Below are positions 25,412 to 33,796 of a stretch of DNA of 64,000 bases, one piece after another. Position 1 is the first letter of the stretch, and every line of letters starts with the position of its first letter. A program made the translations under genes and the position numbers. The notes below the pieces were generated by a model. That model had not been told where the DNA came from and ran no database searches. It saw nothing but the letters and a program-made list of their open reading frames with translations. Source of the stretch: a virus (taxonomy: Duplodnaviria; Caudoviricetes); IMG/VR virus record IMGVR_UViG_3300016643_000249, positions 7,358-71,357 of that record; one strand, 5' to 3'.

Positions 25412-25736
25412 TGAATTCGTTGAAGATTGTTGAACGATGCGTTGGACGCCGGGGCAGTACCGGCCAGGTCCACCAAAAGCACATTTAAGGCCGCAGCGCC
25501 CACGATAATTTGCTGTAGTGTGCTTTTGATGGGCCTGACATAGTTTAGACAGCGTAGCAATTAGACAATTGGAGAATCGCCAAAGCTAAAGGCGTTAGGG
25601 TTGTGACAACACGGCCGAAGAAGCAGATAGTAACCGCAAACGATGAAAAGTTCGCATTAGCAGCCTAAACGCTGCTTAGGGTTTCGGTGGGTTTTGGCAC
25701 CAAGGGTGCCTTCCTCGTAACAGAAAAACTCCACCA
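25412..25736 (+). ncRNA. ssrA: circularly permuted (two-piece) tmRNA; tag ANDEKFALAA
   Basis: T arm GCCGG-GGCAGTA-CCGGC + CAGGTCC-A-CCA (to 25475); intervening segment; 5' end GGGCCTG at 25531 (G3.U70); tag ORF 25636-25668; outer ends approximate. Confidence 0.92.
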
Positions 25737-25757
25737 ATTCTTAATTAAGGAGATATT

Positions 25758-25916
25758 ATGAAATCGGTAGCACTCATCGCAGCATCGTTGTTCGCAGTAA
25801 CCGCTTTTGCACAAGCACCAGCGAAAAAAGAAGAGCCCAAGAAAGAAGCACCAAAAGCTGAAGTGAAAAAAGAAGCACCAAAAGCCGAAGCTAAGAAAGA
25901 CGAGAAAAAGAAGTAA
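25758..25916 (+). CDS. 52-aa secreted K/E/A/P-rich peptide
   Basis: AAGGAG RBS; signal MKSVALIAASLFAVTAFA then KKEAPKAE repeats. Confidence 0.8.
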   Translation: MKSVALIAASLFAVTAFAQAPAKKEEPKKEAPKAEVKKEAPKAEAKKDEKKK

Positions 25917-25934
25917 AGAGAGTGGCGGGTTTTT

Positions 25935-26093
25935 ATGGCTAATTACAAACGCAAAAAAGCCCGCCGTTCCTGTCGGTGCACCTTGTGTACCAAATTAAGA
26001 TGGTTAGGAAATTCAGAAGAAAGAAAACGAATTTCTGATAAACGAAATGAAGATAGAGTGAAATATTTTAGTTATGAAAATCTACATCAATAA
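25935..26093 (+). CDS. 52-aa basic CxCxxC protein
   Basis: MANYKRKKARRSCRCTLCTKLRWLGN... Confidence 0.55.
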   Translation: MANYKRKKARRSCRCTLCTKLRWLGNSEERKRISDKRNEDRVKYFSYENLHQ

Positions 26094-26799
26094 TTATAAA
26101 AATCACTGGATTAGTCCTTATACAATTTTGGACTATATCTTCTTTTGGACAGATTGGTCTAAATGCAGCCGTGACAATAGTGTTCAATCTGCTCTTGACG
26201 ATTTAGACGGCAATAAAAAATATATTGAGCATCCAGAATGGGTTGATAAGTGGGCTGACCGTTTAGAACCAATTAGTAAAGCAATTCAATGGGTCTGGGA
26301 TAAAATTGACCGCAAAATTGATTATGTAAAAATTGACCGCTGGGACACTTGGTCAATGGATAGCACACTTGCTAAAATTGTTTTACCAATGTTGAAACAA
26401 TTACAAGCATCAAATCATGGCGCACCTTATGTTGATGATGAAGATGTTCCTGATGAATTGAAATCTGTATCAGCACCACAAAAGAAAAACGAACACGATG
26501 TGGATGACCATCATTTTAAAAGATGGGATTATGTTATCAATGAAATGATTTTTGCATTTGAACATAAAGTTGATGATTCTTGGCAAGACAATTTTTGCTC
26601 AGGTAATTTTGATACTATTTGGGTGCCTGTTGACAAAGATGGTAATGAAGTTCCAAAAGGTGAACACAAGTTTTATCAGATGAAAAATGGACCTAATCAT
26701 ACTTACCAATGTGATTATGATGGTATGAAAGTTGTTGAAGAAAGAATAAGAAATGGGTTTCGGCTCTTTGGTAAATATTACCAAGGGTTATGGGATTAA
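26074..26799 (+). CDS. conserved hypothetical phage protein
   Basis: DTWSMD.TLA.I.LPML.QL, GFRLFGKYY..LWD motifs. Confidence 0.8.
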   Translation: MKIYINNYKNHWISPYTILDYIFFWTDWSKCSRDNSVQSALDDLDGNKKYIEHPEWVDKWADRLEPISKAIQWVWDKIDRKIDYVKIDRWDTWSMDSTLAKIVLPMLKQLQASNHGAPYVDDEDVPDELKSVSAPQKKNEHDVDDHHFKRWDYVINEMIFAFEHKVDDSWQDNFCSGNFDTIWVPVDKDGNEVPKGEHKFYQMKNGPNHTYQCDYDGMKVVEERIRNGFRLFGKYYQGLWD

Positions 26800-26800
26800 T

Positions 26801-26950
26801 ATGTGGCGGCTTTGGGCAAAAGCATTAGGTGAGAAAGCAGGAAACAATAATGTTGAGGCAAATCAAATTGCCGTCATAAGAACGATTATTGTGTTGACAT
26901 ACATAATTACAAACATCTTCATTATCGCAGGTGTTATTCGTCATTGGTAA
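26801..26950 (+). CDS. small membrane protein
   Basis: MWRLWAKALGEK ... single TM. Confidence 0.65.
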   Translation: MWRLWAKALGEKAGNNNVEANQIAVIRTIIVLTYIITNIFIIAGVIRHW

Positions 26951-26958
26951 GGAAAATC

Positions 26959-27528
26959 ATGGATAGAGATTTAAGTTCGTATGTTTTAGTGCTTGAGAAT
27001 TGGATTGACCAAGAAGCCTGTAAACAAACAATTAGAGAAATGCAAAGTGCTGATTGGCAACAACACACTTTCTATAATGCACAAGATGGTTCATACAATA
27101 CAAGAAGTGGTAGTAGAGAATTAGATATTGCGTATGGTCGTGGTCTTTCAACACAACCATATGTGATGCAAAGAATTTGGGATGCATACCGAGCATATTG
27201 CGACAACCTAAAGTTTCCTTGGTTTAATGGATGGCAAGGATTCTCAGAAGTTCGTTTCAATATGTATAAAGAAACAAGAGTGATGGCGGAACATTGTGAC
27301 CATATTCACTCTATGTTTGATGGTGAAAGAAAAGGTATTCCGACACTTACATTTTTAGGAATATTAAATGATGATTATACTGGTGGCGAATTCGTAATGT
27401 GGGGTGATGAAGTAATACCAGTAGGCGAAGGAACTGCAATTGTGTTTCCTTCTTGTTTCTTATATCCACATAGAGTTGACCCCGTAACATCAGGAACAAG
27501 GTATTCTTGCGTTTCTTGGGCTTGGTAA
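26959..27528 (+). CDS. 2OG-Fe(II) oxygenase (prolyl-hydroxylase-like)
   Basis: HxD, LNDDY.GGEF, H.V.PV.SGTRYS. Confidence 0.9.
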   Translation: MDRDLSSYVLVLENWIDQEACKQTIREMQSADWQQHTFYNAQDGSYNTRSGSRELDIAYGRGLSTQPYVMQRIWDAYRAYCDNLKFPWFNGWQGFSEVRFNMYKETRVMAEHCDHIHSMFDGERKGIPTLTFLGILNDDYTGGEFVMWGDEVIPVGEGTAIVFPSCFLYPHRVDPVTSGTRYSCVSWAW

Positions 27529-27597
27529 TTACTAAATAAGTAACCAGCATACACACATTAGCTGGTAACACACAAACAAACACACAGGAGATTTATT

Positions 27598-27873
27598 ATG
27601 TCAAATATGACACCTTTTGAAATTCGTCTAGAGCTACTTAAAATGGCAAGAGATATGCTCAATGACGATTATTATGGTAAGCGTGAACAAATTGCCAATC
27701 AATGGTCGGTAGATTGCGACACCGCCAAACTCAAAGGTGAGGACCCACCGAAACATCCTGGGTATCCTCCATTCCCCTCAGAATCAGAAGTTATTACCAA
27801 AGCAGCGACTTTGAATAATTTCGTTTCTAATATAACCGTAGATAAACCAACAACAACTAAAAAATCTACCTGA
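27598..27873 (+). CDS. conserved hypothetical phage protein
   Basis: PFEIRLELLKMA...L.NFVS; CAGGAG RBS. Confidence 0.75.
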   Translation: MSNMTPFEIRLELLKMARDMLNDDYYGKREQIANQWSVDCDTAKLKGEDPPKHPGYPPFPSESEVITKAATLNNFVSNITVDKPTTTKKST

Positions 27874-27881
27874 TGGGACAA

Positions 27882-27899
27882 GGACGGCTTCGGCCGTCC
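27882..27899 (+). other. C(UUCG)G intercistronic hairpin
   Basis: GGACGGC-TTCG-GCCGTCC; no adjacent U tract. Confidence 0.75.
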
Positions 27900-27920
27900 C
27901 CTAACTTTTAAGGAGAAGTA

Positions 27921-28460
27921 ATGAAAAGAGTAATTGTGCTTTTCACAATTAGTTTGATTGCACTAACTATAGGATTTACCGCATCAGCAATAACCAACAT
28001 TGTAAGTTTGCCACATAAAGCTCACTATAACTTAATGTCAGCTGATGCAAAACGGCAAGTAGAATGCCTAGCACAAAACATTTATTATGAGGCAGGGTAT
28101 GAACCAGAAGTAGGGCAAGTAGCAGTAGCCTTTGTTACCATGAATCGGGTAAAATCAGGTCTTTTTGAAAGTGACATTTGTGGTGTGGTAAAACAAAAAT
28201 CTAATAATGTTTGCCAATTTACATGGTATTGCGAAAATACAACACGAAGCTTGACAGGCAGAGCAGAAGTAGTGTATAATGGTGTTAGGAATTTGGCGAT
28301 ATATGTGTATGCCAATTATGACAAACTGGAAGACCCATCAAAAGGCGCCTTGTTTTATCATGCTGATTATGTAAGTCCACAATGGAAAAATATGGAATAC
28401 TTAACAAAAATTGGCAGGCATCTTTTTTACAACAGAAAGGATTTAAAGTGGATAAGTTAA
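27921..28460 (+). CDS. SleB/Hydrolase_2 cell wall hydrolase
   Basis: CLAQNIYYEA, V..V.MNRV, CQFTWYC, ALFYHADYV.P.W, IG.H.FY. Confidence 0.9.
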   Translation: MKRVIVLFTISLIALTIGFTASAITNIVSLPHKAHYNLMSADAKRQVECLAQNIYYEAGYEPEVGQVAVAFVTMNRVKSGLFESDICGVVKQKSNNVCQFTWYCENTTRSLTGRAEVVYNGVRNLAIYVYANYDKLEDPSKGALFYHADYVSPQWKNMEYLTKIGRHLFYNRKDLKWIS

Positions 28461-28711
28461 CCAAATCTCTACAAGGAGACAATGTTATCACAATATGTGT
28501 TACAGCCTTGTTTCTGACTGCTACTATTTGTATAGGTTGGTATCATATACACGACCGCAGTTTAATGGCAAAAAATATGGATAACGCTATAGCAAAAGGG
28601 ATTGACCCACTATCAGTTCGTTGTTCATATGCAAAGAGTGATGATATCATTTGTGTGGGTTTTGCAGCATCAGCTCAATCTCACAATGTAGCACAACAAG
28701 TTAAAAAATAA
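28448..28711 (+). CDS. single-pass membrane protein
   Basis: One TM; GTG start after GAAAGG. Confidence 0.6.
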   Translation: MDKLTKSLQGDNVITICVTALFLTATICIGWYHIHDRSLMAKNMDNAIAKGIDPLSVRCSYAKSDDIICVGFAASAQSHNVAQQVKK

Positions 28712-28729
28712 TTGAAAAGGAACTATATT

Positions 28730-29029
28730 ATGTCTAAATTTACTTTTGTATGCCAAGAAGAAGCAATGCCTTTTTCTGATGTTGTTTCTTCAAAAAGAAC
28801 AGTTGAATTTACTGCTGATTCTTTGTCTCAAATTGTTTCTGAATTTGAGCACTTTCTCCGTGGTTGTGGTTTCTTTTTTGAGGGACAACTAGATTTTGTG
28901 AACGATGAAGAATACCACTCAGAAGAACAAATTCAATTTGATTTTTCTGAAATTCCACAAAACAATTGGCTATTTGGCAATTTAAAACCTCAATCGGTTT
29001 TTGATAGTGAAAAAATAAGCGAGAGATAA
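28730..29029 (+). CDS. conserved hypothetical phage protein
   Basis: FEHFLRGCGF.F.G.LD motif. Confidence 0.7.
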   Translation: MSKFTFVCQEEAMPFSDVVSSKRTVEFTADSLSQIVSEFEHFLRGCGFFFEGQLDFVNDEEYHSEEQIQFDFSEIPQNNWLFGNLKPQSVFDSEKISER

Positions 29030-29253
29030 TGCCAACAAAAGATGAGATGGGAAAATTTGCTAAAGCGATAGAATCGTTGGTAGCAAATACAGACCTCAAT
29101 TATATTGAAGCTATTGTTGAGTATTGTAAAACAACTGGTTTAGAAATTGAAGTGGCGGCAACATTGGTTAATTCTAATTTAAAATCTAAATTAACTGCTG
29201 ATGCCATGGATTTAAATTTATTAAAAGAGAAGGGTTCTCGGCTTCCGATATGA
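29029..29253 (+). CDS. gp33: late transcription co-activator gp33
   Basis: YIEAIVEYC....LEIE..A.L....LKSKL; upstream of gp59. Confidence 0.85.
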   Translation: MPTKDEMGKFAKAIESLVANTDLNYIEAIVEYCKTTGLEIEVAATLVNSNLKSKLTADAMDLNLLKEKGSRLPI

Positions 29254-29843
29254 CTGGTTATGAGGCGTTCGGTCTTTACGAATCTCTCAAACTGCATTTT
29301 GCCAAAGATAGTTATGATTTTTTTAAATACAATGGCAAAACAAATATTAGTATTACTGCATTTGAAAATCGTAAAGACAAATATCATTTTTACAAACTCT
29401 CACGCAAATTTAGTAACCGTGATGAATTGATTTCGTTTATTGTCGCCAACCTTTTGGTCAAAGACAATTTGTGGGTTGGTGATTTATTGACAGAAGATGC
29501 TGAAGTGAATTTTCGCAATCACCAAAAGGTCTTGCAGTCCTTTTCATATATCTTTGAGAATGATTGTAAAGTTATTTTTGATGATTGTAAAGACCCAAAC
29601 GAAGCATTGAAGGTGATTAATGGCGATTATCCAGACCTACTCACAAAGGCACTTCGGAAAGAAATTCATATTGAAAGTTTTGCGATGTTGGCTAAAATTC
29701 TTCCATTTATGGGTCCTTGGTCAAAAGAAATCAATGATACAATTCATTGGCCAAATTTTAAGTCAAAGGTGCAGAAACTAATACTTTTCTTGCCAGAAGA
29801 TACAAAATATAAATTGATACTAAAGAAAATTATAAAGAAATGA
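29250..29843 (+). CDS. gp59: helicase loader gp59
   Basis: Y.SLKLHF...YDFFKYNGK; synteny. Confidence 0.88.
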   Translation: MTGYEAFGLYESLKLHFAKDSYDFFKYNGKTNISITAFENRKDKYHFYKLSRKFSNRDELISFIVANLLVKDNLWVGDLLTEDAEVNFRNHQKVLQSFSYIFENDCKVIFDDCKDPNEALKVINGDYPDLLTKALRKEIHIESFAMLAKILPFMGPWSKEINDTIHWPNFKSKVQKLILFLPEDTKYKLILKKIIKK

Positions 29844-30328
29844 TTAAGAAAATTTACTTAGATATGGATGGCGTCATCTGTGATTTTGAGAAGAAATTTA
29901 CAGAATACTATGGCTTCTTATCTCTAGCAAAGCGTGACCGTAAACAATGGTCTGGTGATTGGGAAGATTTTATCATCAACAAAAAAGGGTTTGAGAAATT
30001 GGATTGGTTTCCTGGCGGCCATGAAATACTTAATGCGGTTCGTAACACGAAATTGCCAGTTGAGATTCTTTCTTCCTCAGGCGGCGAGAAATTTCACGGT
30101 GAAGTTACCGCACAAAAGATTAAATGGTTGCGTAAGCACGGTATCAATTACAAAGCCAATATCGTGTCTGGTCGTAAAAAGAAAGCTGAATATGCCACAC
30201 CTGAAACGGTGATTATTGATGATACGGAAGATGTGATTCGGTATTTCACCCAAGCAGGCGGTCACGGTATACTTCATAAAGATGTAAAAGAAACTTTGAA
30301 AAAGCTTGACTCGCTACTAAATAAATGA
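29840..30328 (+). CDS. 5'(3')-deoxyribonucleotidase, HAD family
   Basis: YLDMDGVICDF, IIDD. Confidence 0.85.
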   Translation: MIKKIYLDMDGVICDFEKKFTEYYGFLSLAKRDRKQWSGDWEDFIINKKGFEKLDWFPGGHEILNAVRNTKLPVEILSSSGGEKFHGEVTAQKIKWLRKHGINYKANIVSGRKKKAEYATPETVIIDDTEDVIRYFTQAGGHGILHKDVKETLKKLDSLLNK

Positions 30329-30329
30329 T

Positions 30330-30815
30330 ATGATAATAACAAAAGAGTTTCTTCACGATACTTTAGATTATTTTGAAGGTAATTTGATTTGGAAAAAGTC
30401 AATTGGGCGATTAGCTAAAAAAGGAAGAATTGCAGGCACAATTAATCAAAATGGTTATTTGAGTATTTGTTTACTTGGAAAAATTTATAAGTTACACAGA
30501 ATAATTTTTTTCTATCATCATGGTTATTTTCCTAAAGTTGTTGACCATATTGATGGCAATAAAGTAAACAATAAAATAGAAAATTTAAGAGAAGCATCTA
30601 TTTCACAAAACGCTTGGAATTCAAAAATAAGAATTACTAACAAATCTGGTGTAAAAGGAATTTCTTGGGACAAAAAAGCAAACAAATGGCGAGCAAGTTG
30701 CACCGTAAATTATAAACAAAATAATTTAGGTTGTTTTGAAGATATTGAAGAAGCTAAAAAAGTTATTAAGAATTTTAGAAATTTACATCACAAAGAATTT
30801 TCAAAACATTATTAA
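30330..30815 (+). CDS. HNH homing endonuclease with AP2-like C-terminal domain
   Basis: VDHIDGNKVNNKIENLR; SGVKGISWDK....WRA. Confidence 0.9.
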   Translation: MIITKEFLHDTLDYFEGNLIWKKSIGRLAKKGRIAGTINQNGYLSICLLGKIYKLHRIIFFYHHGYFPKVVDHIDGNKVNNKIENLREASISQNAWNSKIRITNKSGVKGISWDKKANKWRASCTVNYKQNNLGCFEDIEEAKKVIKNFRNLHHKEFSKHY

Positions 30816-30897
30816 GTTTTGAATTTGCAGTAGATTATGATTAAAGTGGATAAGTCGTTATATTAATTTTATACTCCGTTATACGAAAGGAAATACT

Positions 30898-31776
30898 ATG
30901 AGTAGTTTTGCAAACCTAAAGCGTGGTCGTTCTGACCTTGCTAAACTCGCCAAAGCAGTAGAAGCAACATCACAATCAGGCGAAGGATCCAAAGATGATA
31001 ACCGATTCTGGCAACCAGAAGTAGACAAAGCTGGTAACGGCATGGCTGTTATTCGTTTTCTGCCGGCACCTCAGGCTGATGGCGATGATGCTCTGCCATG
31101 GGTTCGTGTTTTCTCACATGGCTTCCAAGGACCTGGCGGTTGGTTGATTGATAACTGCTTGACAACACTCAATGAGAAATGTCCAGTTTGTGAACATAAC
31201 AATACACTATGGAATTCTGGCATTGAAGCAAACAAAGATATCGCTCGTAAGCAAAAGCGCAAACTATCTTATGTTGCTAACATTCTTGTTATCTCAGACC
31301 CTGCCAACAAATCAAACGAAGGTCAGGTAAAACTTTTCAAATTTGGTAAGAAGATTTTTGATAAGATTACTGAGGCTATGAATCCTGAATTTGCAGATGA
31401 AACACCTATCAACCCATTTGATATGTGGGAAGGTGCTAACTTCAAACTAAAGATTCGTAATGTTGAGGGTTATCGTAATTATGATAAATCAGAATTTGCT
31501 GAAAAGTCAGCACTCTTTGATGGTGATGATGACAAACTAGAAGCTCTATGGAAAACTGAATTTGGTCTGAAAGAATTCCTTGAGCGTAAGAACTTCAAAT
31601 CCTATGACCAATTAAGACAAAGATTGGACAAAGCACTAGGATTTGATGGCGGTGCACCTGCGCCAAAATCTAAAGCAGCAGATACGATTGCTGATACAGA
31701 TACATCAATCATTGACAAATCTGTTGGTGATGATGAAGATTTGGACTATTTCAAATCCCTTGCGGAATCTAACTGA
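30898..31776 (+). CDS. gp32: single-stranded DNA-binding protein gp32
   Basis: D.AGNG.AVIRFLP, HGFQGPGGW.I.NC.TT....CPVC, acidic tail. Confidence 0.95.
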   Translation: MSSFANLKRGRSDLAKLAKAVEATSQSGEGSKDDNRFWQPEVDKAGNGMAVIRFLPAPQADGDDALPWVRVFSHGFQGPGGWLIDNCLTTLNEKCPVCEHNNTLWNSGIEANKDIARKQKRKLSYVANILVISDPANKSNEGQVKLFKFGKKIFDKITEAMNPEFADETPINPFDMWEGANFKLKIRNVEGYRNYDKSEFAEKSALFDGDDDKLEALWKTEFGLKEFLERKNFKSYDQLRQRLDKALGFDGGAPAPKSKAADTIADTDTSIIDKSVGDDEDLDYFKSLAESN

Positions 31777-31802
31777 TTCTTAACCCATGCCATGCAAGTG
31801 CT

Positions 31803-31828
31803 ACCCCGGCCTAGTGCCGGGGTTTTTA
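31803..31828 (+). terminator. intrinsic terminator between convergent genes
   Basis: ACCCCGGC-CTAGT-GCCGGGGT-TTTT. Confidence 0.85.
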
Positions 31829-33604
31829 TTATGCGTAGCTTGATGAAACTAACGCATCAATAATATCTTTATCGTAAGCAGAAGCTGGTTTTCCTCCAAT
31901 ACCAGAAGAAGCTACAGTATTCCTCTGAGAAGCATCAACTACGACATTTCCTCCTGTTGGTTTCATCATTTCCATTTTGCCATCAGAAACAGAACTAGAA
32001 GCTGAAGCTACGATAGCACCACTAGACGGCGAAGCAGGTGCAGCTGAAGCTAAAGTAGTAGCACCGCCTAGGCCTTGCGTAGCTGAACCAACTTTAAAAT
32101 AAGATGCTGATGTTGTTCCATAAGCATCTGAACCAACATTTCCTTGAGCTAATTGTTTAGCGCCTCCAGGTCCTAATAGATGTGATGCAGCCAGATAACC
32201 ACCAATTTCTTGTTGTGAACTTTTATCATTGATTACACCGATACGATTAAGGGTAGCAAAATTTTGTTTCGTATATTTTACCATCGTATCTTCTTGCAGT
32301 TTGGGGTTATTTAAAAATGCTTGTTTACCACCTTCTATATTCCAGTTTGTGGGGTCATCCAAACCTTTTAATGAAGTTCCTTTTTTGACAAGGCCCATAT
32401 CTTGTAGAGCTGCTGAACCGAATTGATATTTTCCAAGATAGCCTAAAGTATTGACTGCATCATACTTGCCGCCACTTTCTTTTTCACCAATTTTTTCTGC
32501 ATATGATTTATAATCAATCGGCAGGCCTGGAGCTGAAGGAATTGATGCGCCGGTAACTTTAGATGGTGATGTTTCACCTGAAGTTAGGTATCCACCAGAA
32601 CCTGTCATAATTGGCGAACCACTACCACTTGTGACAATGTTTGATGGAACAGCCTCAGCAACAGGTGGTTTTATTTCTTTAACAACTGGAGAAGGAGTTG
32701 GCGTTACTGGTAATGGATTTGTTATATCTAATTTTGCAGCTGCAGCTCTAATATTTGGGTCATCAGAAGCTCGCATATTTTCACGAGCTCTTCTTAATTC
32801 TTCATCAGTTGCTGGCTCTGGCGCCGGCGGAGCTTCAATTCTTTGCTCTGGTGTAAAATCTGGTGCGTCTTTGTTTATCTCATCACTTGTTAATGGTTGA
32901 CCTGTATCTTTTTTAACAAGATAGTATAAAAGTCCTGCTAAACCTGCGACGCCTAAAACAGGTAAAGTTGCTGATGCAATGAAAGGTAATATTTTTGATA
33001 AAACACCTGGAGCAGCTCTAGCTGCTCCGGCTGCAACACCAGCACCGCCCAAAGCTCCAAGTAATGAATCTAATATACCAACTGTTTCTACATATAATGC
33101 AGTATCTTTTGTTTGGCCATCTCTTGTTTTAGAACCTGTTGAATAACCAACAGAACCAGATTTTTTAGCCATTTTTGAAAATGCAGATTCAAACAACGAT
33201 TCTCTTTCTGCAGCTCTTTTAAAAAACATATCTGACTTTGTTGCATAGGTGCCGCCTTGCAATTTTACAATTTTAGCTATATTTTGTCGCATCAAATTCA
33301 TGTCTCTTGCCATAGCAGGCAAAATCATTGTATTTTTTGCGGTCATTTTTGAAGCAGCAGAAATATCGGAAAAAGCTCCAGAATCCAAAGACAACGAGGG
33401 CGTAGGTGCAGTTGGTGTTGTTGAACCTTTCATAGGCTTTGTAGCACTATATGACCTTAAAGCAGGAAACATAGTAGAAATAACACCGCTTCGGTCAAAG
33501 ATTTGTCTTGGATCCAACCTTTCGCCCAATCTTTTTCCAACAGCAGTACCTATGTTACCACCTGCTTTCAGTTCTTGTTTGTATATTTCTGCTAATCGTG
33601 CCAT
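31829..33604 (-). CDS. tail tape-measure/gp29-like protein with lysozyme-like domain
   Basis: Follows gp26-gp51; KESGGKYDAVN..GYLGKYQFG motif. Confidence 0.65.
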   Translation of the reverse strand: MARLAEIYKQELKAGGNIGTAVGKRLGERLDPRQIFDRSGVISTMFPALRSYSATKPMKGSTTPTAPTPSLSLDSGAFSDISAASKMTAKNTMILPAMARDMNLMRQNIAKIVKLQGGTYATKSDMFFKRAAERESLFESAFSKMAKKSGSVGYSTGSKTRDGQTKDTALYVETVGILDSLLGALGGAGVAAGAARAAPGVLSKILPFIASATLPVLGVAGLAGLLYYLVKKDTGQPLTSDEINKDAPDFTPEQRIEAPPAPEPATDEELRRARENMRASDDPNIRAAAAKLDITNPLPVTPTPSPVVKEIKPPVAEAVPSNIVTSGSGSPIMTGSGGYLTSGETSPSKVTGASIPSAPGLPIDYKSYAEKIGEKESGGKYDAVNTLGYLGKYQFGSAALQDMGLVKKGTSLKGLDDPTNWNIEGGKQAFLNNPKLQEDTMVKYTKQNFATLNRIGVINDKSSQQEIGGYLAASHLLGPGGAKQLAQGNVGSDAYGTTSASYFKVGSATQGLGGATTLASAAPASPSSGAIVASASSSVSDGKMEMMKPTGGNVVVDASQRNTVASSGIGGKPASAYDKDIIDALVSSSYA

Positions 33605-33796
33605 TTACTTTTTTGCCCTTTGTTGCATTTTGATTTTTTCGTTTTCTTCTTCTAAATATTTAATTAACATTGTAAGATAAATTTCCCTTTCCCACGGCAA
33701 CATATTTTCTAATTCAGTCAAACTATATTTGTGGTGTTGCATCATAGCAAAATTAGTTTGATAATAATTACTTAAACTATCGTGAGAAAGGGTCAA
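33605..33796 (-). CDS. gp51: baseplate hub assembly catalyst gp51
   Basis: HHKYSLTELENMLPWEREIY. Confidence 0.85.
   Translation of the reverse strand: MTLSHDSLSNYYQTNFAMMQHHKYSLTELENMLPWEREIYLTMLIKYLEEENEKIKMQQRAKK

Noticed and set aside
25726-25736. CTCCACCA as the 3' end of a conventional one-piece tmRNA
   Set aside because: AAACTCC pairs with only 3 nt of GGGCCTG and there is no T arm; it pairs instead with GGTGGGTTTT in the terminal hairpin.
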